Positions 7,745 to 16,437 of a stretch of 24,000 nucleotides of DNA are shown in pieces; the stretch's first letter is position 1, and every line of letters begins with the position of its first letter. The stretch is from Paludibacteraceae bacterium (GTDB taxonomy: Bacteria; Bacteroidota; Bacteroidia; Bacteroidales; Paludibacteraceae). The position numbers and the translations under genes are program-made. The DNA is taken from the NCBI GenBank assembly GCA_017450685.1, contig JAFSTB010000032.1, positions 1-24,000 of the forward strand, in the 5' to 3' direction. The notes below the pieces were generated by a model that had not been told where the DNA came from, ran no database searches, and worked only from the letters and a program-made list of their open reading frames with translations.

Positions 7745-7817
7745 TGGAGCATAGGAGACTCGAACTCCTCACCTCAACAATGCCATTGTTGCGCTCTACC
7801 AGATGAGCTAATACCCC
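7745..7817 (-). tRNA. tRNA-Ala (anticodon GGC), CCA not encoded
   Basis: The reverse complement folds canonically. Acceptor GGGGTAT/ATGCTCC has the alanine identity pair G3-U70. Anticodon stem is CAACA/TGTTG with loop ATGGCAT. T arm is AGGAG-TTCGAGT-CTCCT. Confidence 0.93.
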
Positions 7818-7849
7818 AAATAGATTTGCAATCGTCACGATTGCGGGTG

Positions 7850-7892
7850 CAAAGGTAGGGCATTGTGAGCAATTGTGCAAATAGTTGCGCAA
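7850..7892 (-). promoter_or_regulatory. tRNA-Ala promoter: -7 box TACCTTTG plus a degenerate palindrome
   Basis: On the minus strand, TACCTTTG occupies 7857-7850. TTGTGCAAATAGTTGCGCAA at 7873-7892 is 18/20 identical to the tRNA-Val palindrome and lies exactly 15 nt from the -7 box. Confidence 0.6.
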
Positions 7893-7950
7893 TTTTTTTT
7901 GTGTATTTATGCGCAATATATGTCGTTTTGCTCACAACTGTGTCTGTTTG

Positions 7951-8397
7951 CTACCATTTATCTGCATTTTGAGTGAGGAAGATGCGCACTGCGTTCTCCA
8001 CCATTTCGGCACACGGTGTCTTTTGCGTTTTTTGTGTTGGTTGGTGTGTTGTCAAGCCGAGCAGTTCGGCGCAGATAAGGCTGCCGTGTTGTTGTTCAAA
8101 GGCTTGTGCTAACTGCCTTACTTGGTTGTAGTTATACATTTTGCCTTGTGTGTCGCCTTGCTTATTGGTGCCGCTTTGCAGTCCTTCCAGTAGGAACATC
8201 CCTGACGCGGCTCCGCATACGGAGTGCATTCTGCCTATGCCGCCACCAAAAGAGGCAGCTATGCGCAGGGCTAAGTCTTCGCTTATGCCATAGAGAGGTG
8301 CGCAAGCGGCATAGACGGCTTGTGAGCAGTTGAAACCGCTGTGGAAAAGCGATCGAGCACGCTCTACATATTGCTCTATCTGTATGGTGTCTAACAT
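7951..8397 (-). CDS. C_GCAxxG_C_C family putative redox protein
   Basis: 148-aa ORF with ATG at 8397. The Cys pattern FNCSQAV ... GGGIGRMHSVCGAASG ... LICAELLG ... PCAEMV fits this family. Confidence 0.75.
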   Translation of the reverse strand: MLDTIQIEQYVERARSLFHSGFNCSQAVYAACAPLYGISEDLALRIAASFGGGIGRMHSVCGAASGMFLLEGLQSGTNKQGDTQGKMYNYNQVRQLAQAFEQQHGSLICAELLGLTTHQPTQKTQKTPCAEMVENAVRIFLTQNADKW

Positions 8398-8408
8398 AAT
8401 GAAAAGGG

Positions 8409-8444
8409 TAGGGACTCCCGAAAAAAGGCTTTCAGAAGTCCCTA
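8409..8444 (-). terminator. Possible weak terminator after the MFS gene
   Basis: TAGGGACT 8409-8416 pairs with AGTCCCTA 8437-8444 (8 bp), but the loop is 20 nt and only a short T4 tract follows on the minus strand. Weak. Confidence 0.3.
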
Positions 8445-8456
8445 TTATCGCTTGTG

Positions 8457-9749
8457 TTATTCGGTGGGAATATCAGTATTAACGTTTTTGCTTCCCCACG
8501 CACCATAGAAGAGAATGTAGGCGACGCAAATAAGCGGTACGATATACGAGAGCAGGTAGCCCTGTCCGCCTGTTTGTGCGCATGCATCAGAGACGGCACT
8601 TTGTATCAGAGGCACGATGCCGCCGCCTACCACCATCATCATGAAGATGCCGCTGGCAGCAGCCGTATATTTGCCTAATCCTTCGATGGAGAGGTTGAAG
8701 ATGGAGCCCCACATGACGCTGGTGCATAGTCCGCAAAGGACAAGTAGCAAGGCAGCCATAGGCATAGGTGCCATCTGCAGTGACCAGTTGATAGGCATGT
8801 TGACGCTTGTGTTATTGCCTACGAGCATAGCGCAGATGATGAGGATGATGGCCGCAATAGAGACGCAAGTCACCATTGCTTTTGACGACACTTTGCCACC
8901 AATGGCACTGCCAATGAAGCGACCCACTAACATCAGCAGCCAATACAGTCCGGCTATGAATCCGGCTGTCTCAAAACTGATACTCAAGCCGTATTGAGTG
9001 TTTGACAGGTAGGAGATGAGAGTGGCAGGGATGCTTATCTCCACTCCCACATAGACGAAGATGGCGATGGTGCCTAATACGAAGTGTCGGAAAGCCCATG
9101 GTGAGCGTTCATAGACGGTGTTAGCATCTGTTCGTTGGGGTTCGGCGATAGGCATAGCCCAGATGATGAGAAAGACCACCACAAAGACAGCCATAGCTAT
9201 ATAGAGTACGAGGTTGACATCGGCTATTGTTTTGCCGGCGAGTGAACTACCCACGAGTGCGCCTACGAGCATAGGTGTGAGAGAGGCTGAGAGTGAGTTG
9301 ATGGTGCCTCCTATGAGGTTCAGTTGGTTACCCTTATTGCCGCCACCGCCGAGCAAGTTAAGCATAGGGTTGACCACCGTGTTAAGCATACAAACGGAGA
9401 AACCGCCGATGAAAGCGCCGATAAGATAGACGATAAAACTGGTGGTTACACCTGAGAGGTATTGCACCAGTACGCCGCAGAATCCGACGGCGATGGCTGT
9501 CAGAGCCGTCTTTTTGTAGCCTACGCGGGCTAACATCTTGCCGGCGGGAATACCCATACACAGGTAGGCAAGGAAGTTCATCATATTGCCCAGCATACCA
9601 AGTAGTGACGCATTAGCACTACCTTCAAAACTGTTTTCCCAGATCTTGCCAACGGGGGCTGCCAGATTAGTAACGAACGCAATCATTGCGTATAGAAACA
9701 TCATTGCAAGTATGGTGATGATGTTCAGTGTCCTGTTTGTGTTTGACAT
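8457..9749 (-). CDS. MFS sugar transporter (FucP / glucose-galactose transporter-like)
   Basis: 430-aa ORF with about 12 hydrophobic segments. The segment NFLAYLCMGIPAGKMLARVGYKKTA resembles the FucP-family loop motif. Confidence 0.85.
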   Translation of the reverse strand: MSNTNRTLNIITILAMMFLYAMIAFVTNLAAPVGKIWENSFEGSANASLLGMLGNMMNFLAYLCMGIPAGKMLARVGYKKTALTAIAVGFCGVLVQYLSGVTTSFIVYLIGAFIGGFSVCMLNTVVNPMLNLLGGGGNKGNQLNLIGGTINSLSASLTPMLVGALVGSSLAGKTIADVNLVLYIAMAVFVVVFLIIWAMPIAEPQRTDANTVYERSPWAFRHFVLGTIAIFVYVGVEISIPATLISYLSNTQYGLSISFETAGFIAGLYWLLMLVGRFIGSAIGGKVSSKAMVTCVSIAAIILIICAMLVGNNTSVNMPINWSLQMAPMPMAALLLVLCGLCTSVMWGSIFNLSIEGLGKYTAAASGIFMMMVVGGGIVPLIQSAVSDACAQTGGQGYLLSYIVPLICVAYILFYGAWGSKNVNTDIPTE

Positions 9750-9816
9750 AAAGGTTGAATGATAATTGGATAAATATTATTGTTTTTGCTAAATGAATAT
9801 GGAGAGTAGGAGCAAG

Positions 9817-11904
9817 TTATTTTCCGCCTTTCAGTTCTTCGTTGAGGAAGCGTAGCAGTCGTTGGTGCAGGTGTAGGTAGTTGTTTCTTTTACGCAGGAA
9901 GTGGTTATCGTCGGGGTATAACTGCATATCATATTGTTTGCCTGCTTGTGTTAGTGCGTTTATATAAAGCAGTGTGTTTTGTGCGTGCACATTATCGTCG
10001 GCCAGTCCGTGAACGATGAGCAGTCTGCCGTTGAGGTCCTTAGCGTGTTTGATGAGGTTGGCATCGTCGTAGCCTTTTTCGTTCTCTTTGGGCTGGATCA
10101 TATATCTTTCGGTATATCCTGTGTCGTAGAGGTTCCAAGAGGTGACGGGTGCGATGGCGAAACCGCATTTGAAGGGGCTTTGTTTTCGGCTCATGGTGGT
10201 GATGGCTTGGAAGCCGCCATAACTCCAGCCGCCGATGCACATACGCTGTTGGTCGATGTAGGGCAGTGAGGCGAGGTAGAGTGCTGCACTTATATGGTCT
10301 TGTGCTTCTTTTTGTCCGAGTTGCATATATGTCTCGTTACGCCATTGTCTGCCTCGGCAGTCGGTGCCTCTCGGGTCCACAACGGCCACTATATATCCTT
10401 CTTCCGCCAGCGCATATTCCCATCGTGTGTTCCAGCGGTTGAGCACTCGTTGTGAGGCAGGTCCGCTGTATTGCAGCAGTACAAGAGGATAGAGGTGATT
10501 ATCGTTGAAGTGGGATGGACGGATTATATATCCGTTGAGTGTGTCGCCGCGTTCGGTGGCGAAAGAGAAGAAAGAGTGTTGTCCTCTTGGCAGCGATTGC
10601 CATATAGCGTTGATAGAGTCGTTGTTAAGCAGAGTCTGTGCTGAGGTCAGTTGTTGTTTTTGCAGAGAGTAGAGTGTATATGTCGGTGGTGTGGAAGTGG
10701 ATTGGAAGATGTCGATGGCGTGTCTGTTGTCGCGAGCAATGATAAGGCGGTGTGTGCCTTCTTCGTGTGTGAGGGCGGTGAGTAGGTCTTTCTTATATTG
10801 CAGTGAGTATGCTTGTCGTGTGAGAGGTGTGTCGGCTGCTTCGAAGTAGATGATTTGGTTTTTGGGGTCGATACTGATAACACGGTTGATGTCTCTTTTT
10901 TGTGGTGTAAGGCAACGCACGGGTGTGCCGTCTTGTTGGTGCAGGAAGAGTTGTCTGAAACCGTCTCTTTCGCTAAGGACGATGAACTGTCCGTTGTCGA
11001 GGAAGAGCCATTGGTCGAAGAGCGAGTAGTCGATGAAATAGTTTTCCGTGTGTTCGCGGTAGATAGTGTGGCAGACGGTTGAGCGGGGGTTGCAGGCTAT
11101 GATCTCCAACTTGTTTTGGTCGCGATTGAGCCGTTCCACTATCAGTTCGTAGGTCTGTTTGGGTTCATCTTTCTTTGCTTTGGGGTTGGGTAGTGTACGC
11201 CAGCAAATACGCGGGATGTAGTCATCTTCTTCGCTGTTGATTTTCATTGTCTGGATGGCTTTGGTCTGGATGTCATATACGCAGACCGAAGCGTGTGCGT
11301 TCATCTCACCTGCTTTGGGGTAGCGCAGTGATTGCGATATGGGATAGAAAAGGTCGTTGCCTTCCGTGTCAAGATATTCTTGCCAAGTGAAGGTAGGCAC
11401 CGGCGTTTCGTCTAAGCGTATGAATGCCACCATACGTGAGTCGGGTGAGAAAGCGAACATGCGTGTTACGCCGAACTCTTCTTCGTATAGCCAGTCGGAA
11501 GCACCGCCATACACTTCTTCGCTGTCTTCGTGAGTCATTACCACCTCGGTCTTGAAATCCACTTTGTATATCCACGGGGTCTTGTCTTTCACATAGACCA
11601 CATATTTGCCGTTGGGTGACATTTGTGCGTCTCTGCCTCGACCTATATTGATGCGTGCGTTCTTTTTCTCTGTGTCGATTAGGTACCAGTCGGCTTCTTT
11701 GGAGCGTCTGAAGCGTGTCGTTGCGTTTTCGGAGCGCAACAGATAGCGGTCGGTTGGTGTGCCGTTGAGAACGCTGTCTATATAGGCGTTAGTGAGAGTC
11801 TTAGGGGCGTACTTGTTGTTGAGCAGGTCTTGCATAAGATCTGCACGAGAGGTGATAGACAAGGCGGCTATCGCTATAAGAAGGATATATCTGGCGTTTT
11901 TCAT
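9817..11904 (-). CDS. Dipeptidyl-peptidase IV family serine peptidase (S9B)
   Basis: The ORF-track start at 11910 is a TTG. ATG at 11904 gives MKNARYILLIAIAALSITSRA (signal peptide). It has an N-terminal DPP-IV beta-propeller-like region, the catalytic GGWSYGG motif and a C-terminal VHGLADDNVH. Confidence 0.9.
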   Translation of the reverse strand: MKNARYILLIAIAALSITSRADLMQDLLNNKYAPKTLTNAYIDSVLNGTPTDRYLLRSENATTRFRRSKEADWYLIDTEKKNARINIGRGRDAQMSPNGKYVVYVKDKTPWIYKVDFKTEVVMTHEDSEEVYGGASDWLYEEEFGVTRMFAFSPDSRMVAFIRLDETPVPTFTWQEYLDTEGNDLFYPISQSLRYPKAGEMNAHASVCVYDIQTKAIQTMKINSEEDDYIPRICWRTLPNPKAKKDEPKQTYELIVERLNRDQNKLEIIACNPRSTVCHTIYREHTENYFIDYSLFDQWLFLDNGQFIVLSERDGFRQLFLHQQDGTPVRCLTPQKRDINRVISIDPKNQIIYFEAADTPLTRQAYSLQYKKDLLTALTHEEGTHRLIIARDNRHAIDIFQSTSTPPTYTLYSLQKQQLTSAQTLLNNDSINAIWQSLPRGQHSFFSFATERGDTLNGYIIRPSHFNDNHLYPLVLLQYSGPASQRVLNRWNTRWEYALAEEGYIVAVVDPRGTDCRGRQWRNETYMQLGQKEAQDHISAALYLASLPYIDQQRMCIGGWSYGGFQAITTMSRKQSPFKCGFAIAPVTSWNLYDTGYTERYMIQPKENEKGYDDANLIKHAKDLNGRLLIVHGLADDNVHAQNTLLYINALTQAGKQYDMQLYPDDNHFLRKRNNYLHLHQRLLRFLNEELKGGK

Positions 11905-11906
11905 AG

Positions 11907-13565
11907 TCAAAAAGTAAAGGTGGGTATATCTGAGTCAGGTGTTGGTTGCAGCCATTGCAGGAACTCTTCGGGTTTGGTGGAGAAGAAGAAGGGTTGTGCT
12001 GACTGTATGCCGTCGGGTGTGAGTTGCAGGAACTGTGGTTGTGCGTTGGAGCCGAACTGTTGTCGTTGCAGCAGTGAGTACTCGTCGCCGTCGGCAATGC
12101 CGTTGTTGTTCTCGTCGCGTCGTGAATCGACGTAGAGGGTGATACAAACGAAGCGGTTCAAGGCTTGTTTCACTTCTTCGTTGTCGAGGACGGAGGCTTC
12201 CATCTGTCGGCAGTTGACGCAGCCATAACCGGTGAAATGCAGCAGAATGGGCTTGTTCTCTTGTCGTGCAAAGAGCATTCCTTCTTCGTAGTTGGTGAAG
12301 ATGTTCTGTGCTTTTATCTGTTGTGGCGGTGCGAAGGCAGCAATGGCTTTGACCGGTGCTCCTCGTAATCCTGGGATGAGATAGAAGGCAAAAGCAAAAG
12401 AGAGTAGGGCTGCGCACAGAAGTGATAAGGTATAGATGACTGAGCGTTGGCTTTGCCACTGTTTGGCGGCTTGTATGCCTTTCGTTGTCAAATAAATACC
12501 GAGTGCTACGGCGCATATTATCCACAGGGTGATGAACAGCCATCGAGGCAATATGCCCCAACCGTATGCCATATCCGCCACGGAGAGAAACTTCAAAGAG
12601 AAGGCGAGTTCCACAAAGGCGAGGGTCACTTTTATTGTCTGCATCCATTCACCTGAGCGTGGCATCTGTTTCATCCATTGCGGGAAGAGTGAGAACAGAG
12701 TGAAGGGGATGGCGAGTGCTATGGCAAACCCCAACATCCCTATTGCAGGTGCTAACAGACTGTTGGAAGCCGCTTGAACGAGCAGTGTGCCGATGATTGG
12801 ACCGGTGCAGGAGAAAGAGACGATGACGAGTGTGAAAGCCATAAAGACGATGCTCATCCACCCAGAAGCGGTGCGTGCTCGCTTGTCCAAGACCGTGGAC
12901 CAAGAGGCGGGTAAGGTGAGGTCGAAGAGTCCGAAGAACGACAGCGCAAACACCACCAACAGAAGGAAGAAGAAGATGTTCAGCGGTGCGGATGTGGATA
13001 TGGCATTTAGGGCAGAAGCGCCGAAGAGTAGTGTCACTATCAGTCCTAACCCTACGTAGATGACGATGATGGATAAGCCGAAGAGGAGTGCCTCTTTCAG
13101 TCCGCCTCCGCGTTTGAGGAAGAGGCTGACCGTCATAGGTATGATAGGCCAAACGCAGGGTGTGAAGATGGCTATCAGTCCGCCTAATAGTCCCATCAGC
13201 AGCAACCACCAAAGGGAGGTGTCGTTGCTTTCAGTGTTAGGGTTGTATGTTAAGCCGTTGGTCTGTAAGGGGAAAGTGAAGGTCTCAGGCGAGGTGCATT
13301 GTTCGTCGTCGCAGGCGTTGTATCTGACCCGGGCATATCCTTGTGCGTCGGGTGCGAGGGTGAGAGAGCAGCCGCCGACATATTCCTGTAGCACTTCTTG
13401 TTCGTTGATGGCGAGGATGGTCAGGTGCCATCCGCTGTCAACGGTGGCAGTCAGTAGCAGACTGTCGCCTACTTTCTCGCCTGTCCAATGAACGGGTTGC
13501 CATACATGTGCCAATGCCGTTAAAGACAGACACAGACAGGTTATTATGCCCAATACATGCCTCAT
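11907..13565 (-). CDS. dsbD: DsbD-like thiol:disulfide interchange protein (three-domain)
   Basis: Signal peptide; N-terminal domain with CDDEQC; membrane core with FTPCVWP and FSCTGP; C-terminal thioredoxin fold with GYGCVNC. Confidence 0.85.
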   Translation of the reverse strand: MRHVLGIITCLCLSLTALAHVWQPVHWTGEKVGDSLLLTATVDSGWHLTILAINEQEVLQEYVGGCSLTLAPDAQGYARVRYNACDDEQCTSPETFTFPLQTNGLTYNPNTESNDTSLWWLLLMGLLGGLIAIFTPCVWPIIPMTVSLFLKRGGGLKEALLFGLSIIVIYVGLGLIVTLLFGASALNAISTSAPLNIFFFLLLVVFALSFFGLFDLTLPASWSTVLDKRARTASGWMSIVFMAFTLVIVSFSCTGPIIGTLLVQAASNSLLAPAIGMLGFAIALAIPFTLFSLFPQWMKQMPRSGEWMQTIKVTLAFVELAFSLKFLSVADMAYGWGILPRWLFITLWIICAVALGIYLTTKGIQAAKQWQSQRSVIYTLSLLCAALLSFAFAFYLIPGLRGAPVKAIAAFAPPQQIKAQNIFTNYEEGMLFARQENKPILLHFTGYGCVNCRQMEASVLDNEEVKQALNRFVCITLYVDSRRDENNNGIADGDEYSLLQRQQFGSNAQPQFLQLTPDGIQSAQPFFFSTKPEEFLQWLQPTPDSDIPTFTF

Positions 13566-13583
13566 GCCGTTTTTATGCCTGCC

Positions 13584-15518
13584 TCATCTCATCTCTTTGA
13601 CATCCGAAGGCATACGCCAGTCACCTTTAGGTGAGAGGCTGACACTGACCACTTTTGGTCCGTCGGGCATGCAAGAGCGTTTGAACTGGTTTTGATAGAA
13701 GCGTCGGTTGAAGACGTTGAGCCAATGGCGAATGACGGTCTCATCGTATTGGTCTTCAAATGCCATCGTTGCCATATAGGCTATCTTGTCGGTGGTGAAG
13801 CCATAGCGGAGGAAGTAGTAGAGGAAAAAGTCATGCAGTTCGTATGGTCCCACTTTGTCTTCCGTCACTTGTGCTATGTCGCCCGTTTGGGTAGTAGGCA
13901 GCAGTTCGGGGGATATAGGTGTATCCACAATGTCTGACAAAATCTGTCGCATATCGCCCGAATAGATATTCTCTGCCATATACTTGACCATATATTTGAT
14001 TAGTGTTTTGGGTACGGCGGCATTGATGCCGTACATCGACATCTGGTCGCCGGAGTAGGTTGCCCAACCCAGAGCCAATTCCGACATATCGCCGGTGCCT
14101 ACCACAATGCCGTTATGTTGGTTAGCCATATCCATCAGTACGAGTGTTCTTATTCGTGCTTGAGCGTTCTCGTAAGTGGTGTCTTGTTGTTCCATCGGGT
14201 GTCCTATATCTTTCAAGTGTGTTGTCACCACTTGGTCAATAGGTATCTCATATTGTGTTATGCCCAACTGTTTCATCAGTGCCAGAGCATTGAGCAGTGT
14301 GCGTTTGGAGGTGCCGAAGCACGGCATTGTCACTCCTATGATACGGCTATGGTCGTAGCCTAAGAGGTCGGCTGTCTGAACGGCAACGAGCAGTGCGTGT
14401 GTAGAGTCCAGCCCGCCACTCACGCCCACTATGAGTGTATCGGCATTGGTATGTTCCCAGCGTCGTGCCAAGCCGCTTGTTTGTATGGAGAGTACATCGT
14501 TGCAATAAGCGTCCTCGTCGGCATGTGAAGGCAGGAAAGGAGTGGTGGAGAAGGTGCGGTGTGCAGGTTCGGTCACTGCCTGATTGTCTTCTATCGGTGC
14601 CACATAGATATGGCGATAGTGACCGTGTTGATCTTTGGTGAAATTGGTGTTACGTTGCCGGTCGATGCGCAGTCTCTCTATGTCTATCTCTTGAATTATC
14701 ATTGAAGAGCGTCTGAGGAAGCGGTCGCCTTCAGCGAGCAGGTCTCCGTTTTCGGCTATGTAGGTGGAGCCTGAGAAGACCACATCGCTGGTGCTTTCAC
14801 CCACACCTGAGGATGTATATACATATCCGCAGTGTACGCGTGCCGACTGTTGTGTTATCATCTGTCGGCGGAAGGCGTTTTTGCCGGTGAGGCAGTTAGA
14901 GGACGAGAGGTTGAAGATCAGTTCGGCACCTTGGATGGCGAGTTGTGTGGACGGTGGCAATGGTGACCATAGGTCTTCACATATCTCAATGCCGAAGCAG
15001 TAGTCGCGTGTGTTGAAGAGCAGGTCCGGACCGAAAGGAACATCTCCGTTCCACAGTTCGATGGTGGGTATGCGCGGTTCGAGCCCTTTGTCGGTATGTT
15101 GGAGTGAGGCTCTGCCTGAGGTGAACCACCGTTTCTCGTAGAACTCGCCGGTGTTGGGCAGGTTGACTTTGGGAACGACACCTATCACATCTCCGTCGGT
15201 CATGACGAAAGCGCAGTTGTAGAGGTTGTTATCCACTTTGAGCGGTGCGCCGACAAGGACAATGATACTTTTGCCTCTTGTGAAAGCACATATCTCTTCG
15301 AGTGCAGACAGTGAGTTCTGCTGCAAACGGCGTGTGAAGAAAAGGTCGCCGCAAGTGTAGCCTACGGTACTCAGTTCGGGGAAGCATATCACTTCCACAC
15401 CTTCTTCCACCGCTTCGGTGATCTGCTCTTTTATTTGCTGTACATTAAAGTCGGCATCTGCCACGCGCATCATTGGTACGGCGGCTGCCACACGGACAAA
15501 ACCTAACGATGAATCCAT
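13584..15518 (-). CDS. nadE: Glutamine-dependent NAD+ synthetase
   Basis: 644-aa ORF. N-terminal CN-hydrolase/glutaminase domain (FGIEICEDLW) fused to an NAD synthetase domain with the PP-loop VSGGLDS. Confidence 0.92.
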   Translation of the reverse strand: MDSSLGFVRVAAAVPMMRVADADFNVQQIKEQITEAVEEGVEVICFPELSTVGYTCGDLFFTRRLQQNSLSALEEICAFTRGKSIIVLVGAPLKVDNNLYNCAFVMTDGDVIGVVPKVNLPNTGEFYEKRWFTSGRASLQHTDKGLEPRIPTIELWNGDVPFGPDLLFNTRDYCFGIEICEDLWSPLPPSTQLAIQGAELIFNLSSSNCLTGKNAFRRQMITQQSARVHCGYVYTSSGVGESTSDVVFSGSTYIAENGDLLAEGDRFLRRSSMIIQEIDIERLRIDRQRNTNFTKDQHGHYRHIYVAPIEDNQAVTEPAHRTFSTTPFLPSHADEDAYCNDVLSIQTSGLARRWEHTNADTLIVGVSGGLDSTHALLVAVQTADLLGYDHSRIIGVTMPCFGTSKRTLLNALALMKQLGITQYEIPIDQVVTTHLKDIGHPMEQQDTTYENAQARIRTLVLMDMANQHNGIVVGTGDMSELALGWATYSGDQMSMYGINAAVPKTLIKYMVKYMAENIYSGDMRQILSDIVDTPISPELLPTTQTGDIAQVTEDKVGPYELHDFFLYYFLRYGFTTDKIAYMATMAFEDQYDETVIRHWLNVFNRRFYQNQFKRSCMPDGPKVVSVSLSPKGDWRMPSDVKEMR

Positions 15519-15538
15519 AGTCTGAAAAATTTAACGTG

Positions 15539-15582
15539 CAAAGTTACGTATCAATTTCCGTTTGTGCAAATATTTGCACAAA
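15539..15582 (-). promoter_or_regulatory. nadE promoter: -7 box TAACTTTG plus a perfect palindrome identical to the tRNA-Val one
   Basis: On the minus strand, TAACTTTG occupies 15546-15539. TTGTGCAAATATTTGCACAA at 15562-15581 is a perfect palindrome, extendable to 22 bp (15561-15582). It lies exactly 15 nt from the -7 box. Confidence 0.6.
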
Positions 15583-15610
15583 ATAGCAATGTTATTGTCT
15601 GAATATGAGA

Positions 15611-16420
15611 CTATATGAAAAACATTTTTTCAAGTGTTTGCACACTTTTTTTGCTCCATTGAGAGCGGATGGAATGAGACACTTTCAGTGTGCTTACACC
15701 GCCGATATTGTATGCCGTCAATTGAGGATGGTAAACCACCTCAAGACGACTCTGTCTTACCAGCTCGGCGAAATAAATCTCCTCTCCGTACATGAAGTTG
15801 GGATAATGAAGGTGCTGATTCTGCTTAACAAACGCCGAGGTGAAGAGCATCAATGAACCATGACCTGCATATATCTGCTCTTGTTCCATCGTTTTCTTTT
15901 GTTTATGCGCAAGCCATTGATGATTCTTTACCGACAACCATTTATACACATTGTGTATAAGTGTGTTGCTGTAGATGATATTCCAAATAACGAAATTCCT
16001 TTTTTGTGGTCTATGCGTCATAAAAGGGTTCTCGTTGGTGTTGTTTTTTTGCGTTAATATAGACGGTGCCAACCACCCGATATCGGTAATATCAATATCA
16101 ATGAGGTTAGCGAAAAAATCTTCTTTCAGCCTTAAATCAACATTGGAGATAGATACAAAATCGTAGTTTTGAGCCCATTGGTTATACAGAGGCAGAGCAC
16201 CGCCAAGGTAACCTACATTGTCGTTTTTATGTATGTCTATGATTGATAGGTTGCGGTATGTGTTGTTGATTGGTTGTTTCTCAGGTGAGTTGTCTGCTAT
16301 AGCCACATCCGCTTTCATCTCTTCTTTCACCTTTTGGGCGGCATTATCCACTGACTGCAAAAAAGTTTGCAGTACGTCATAGGAGTTATAATTGACACAT
16401 ATAAGCAATATCTTTTTCAT
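15611..16420 (-). CDS. Glycosyltransferase (GT2 / rhamnosyltransferase-like)
   Basis: The ORF-track N-terminal extension to 16639 overlaps the upstream gene. ATG at 16420 gives MKKILLICVNYNSYD..., then ADNSPE and NVGYLGG, which resembles GT2-type enzymes of O-antigen/CPS loci. 269 aa. Confidence 0.65.
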   Translation of the reverse strand: MKKILLICVNYNSYDVLQTFLQSVDNAAQKVKEEMKADVAIADNSPEKQPINNTYRNLSIIDIHKNDNVGYLGGALPLYNQWAQNYDFVSISNVDLRLKEDFFANLIDIDITDIGWLAPSILTQKNNTNENPFMTHRPQKRNFVIWNIIYSNTLIHNVYKWLSVKNHQWLAHKQKKTMEQEQIYAGHGSLMLFTSAFVKQNQHLHYPNFMYGEEIYFAELVRQSRLEVVYHPQLTAYNIGGVSTLKVSHSIRSQWSKKSVQTLEKMFFI

Positions 16421-16437
16421 ATTCGGGTATAGAGAGG

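Noticed and set aside
3007-7817. Possibility that the segment between the two tRNA genes is an integrated island carrying the Ro module
   Set aside because: There is no integrase, recombinase or transposase. I found no direct repeat of either tRNA 3' end. The gene content (Na/Pi transporter, PepSY-like lipoprotein) is ordinary.
7692-7916. 74-aa minus-strand ORF
   Set aside because: It spans the tRNA-Ala gene, its promoter and the bidirectional terminator, so it is explained by those features.
11935-13212. Two long alternative-frame ORFs (237 aa and 187 aa) on the same strand as the dsbD-like gene
   Set aside because: Their products are Arg/His/Thr-rich, low-complexity translations of an off frame. 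The DsbD frame carries all the expected Cys motifs.
15632-15652. Plus-strand hairpin AAGTGT-TTGC-ACACTT followed by a T-run, which resembles a terminator
   Set aside because: It lies inside the 3' end of the minus-strand glycosyltransferase CDS, and no plus-strand gene or promoter feeds into it. The 6-bp stem is weak. It is probably incidental.
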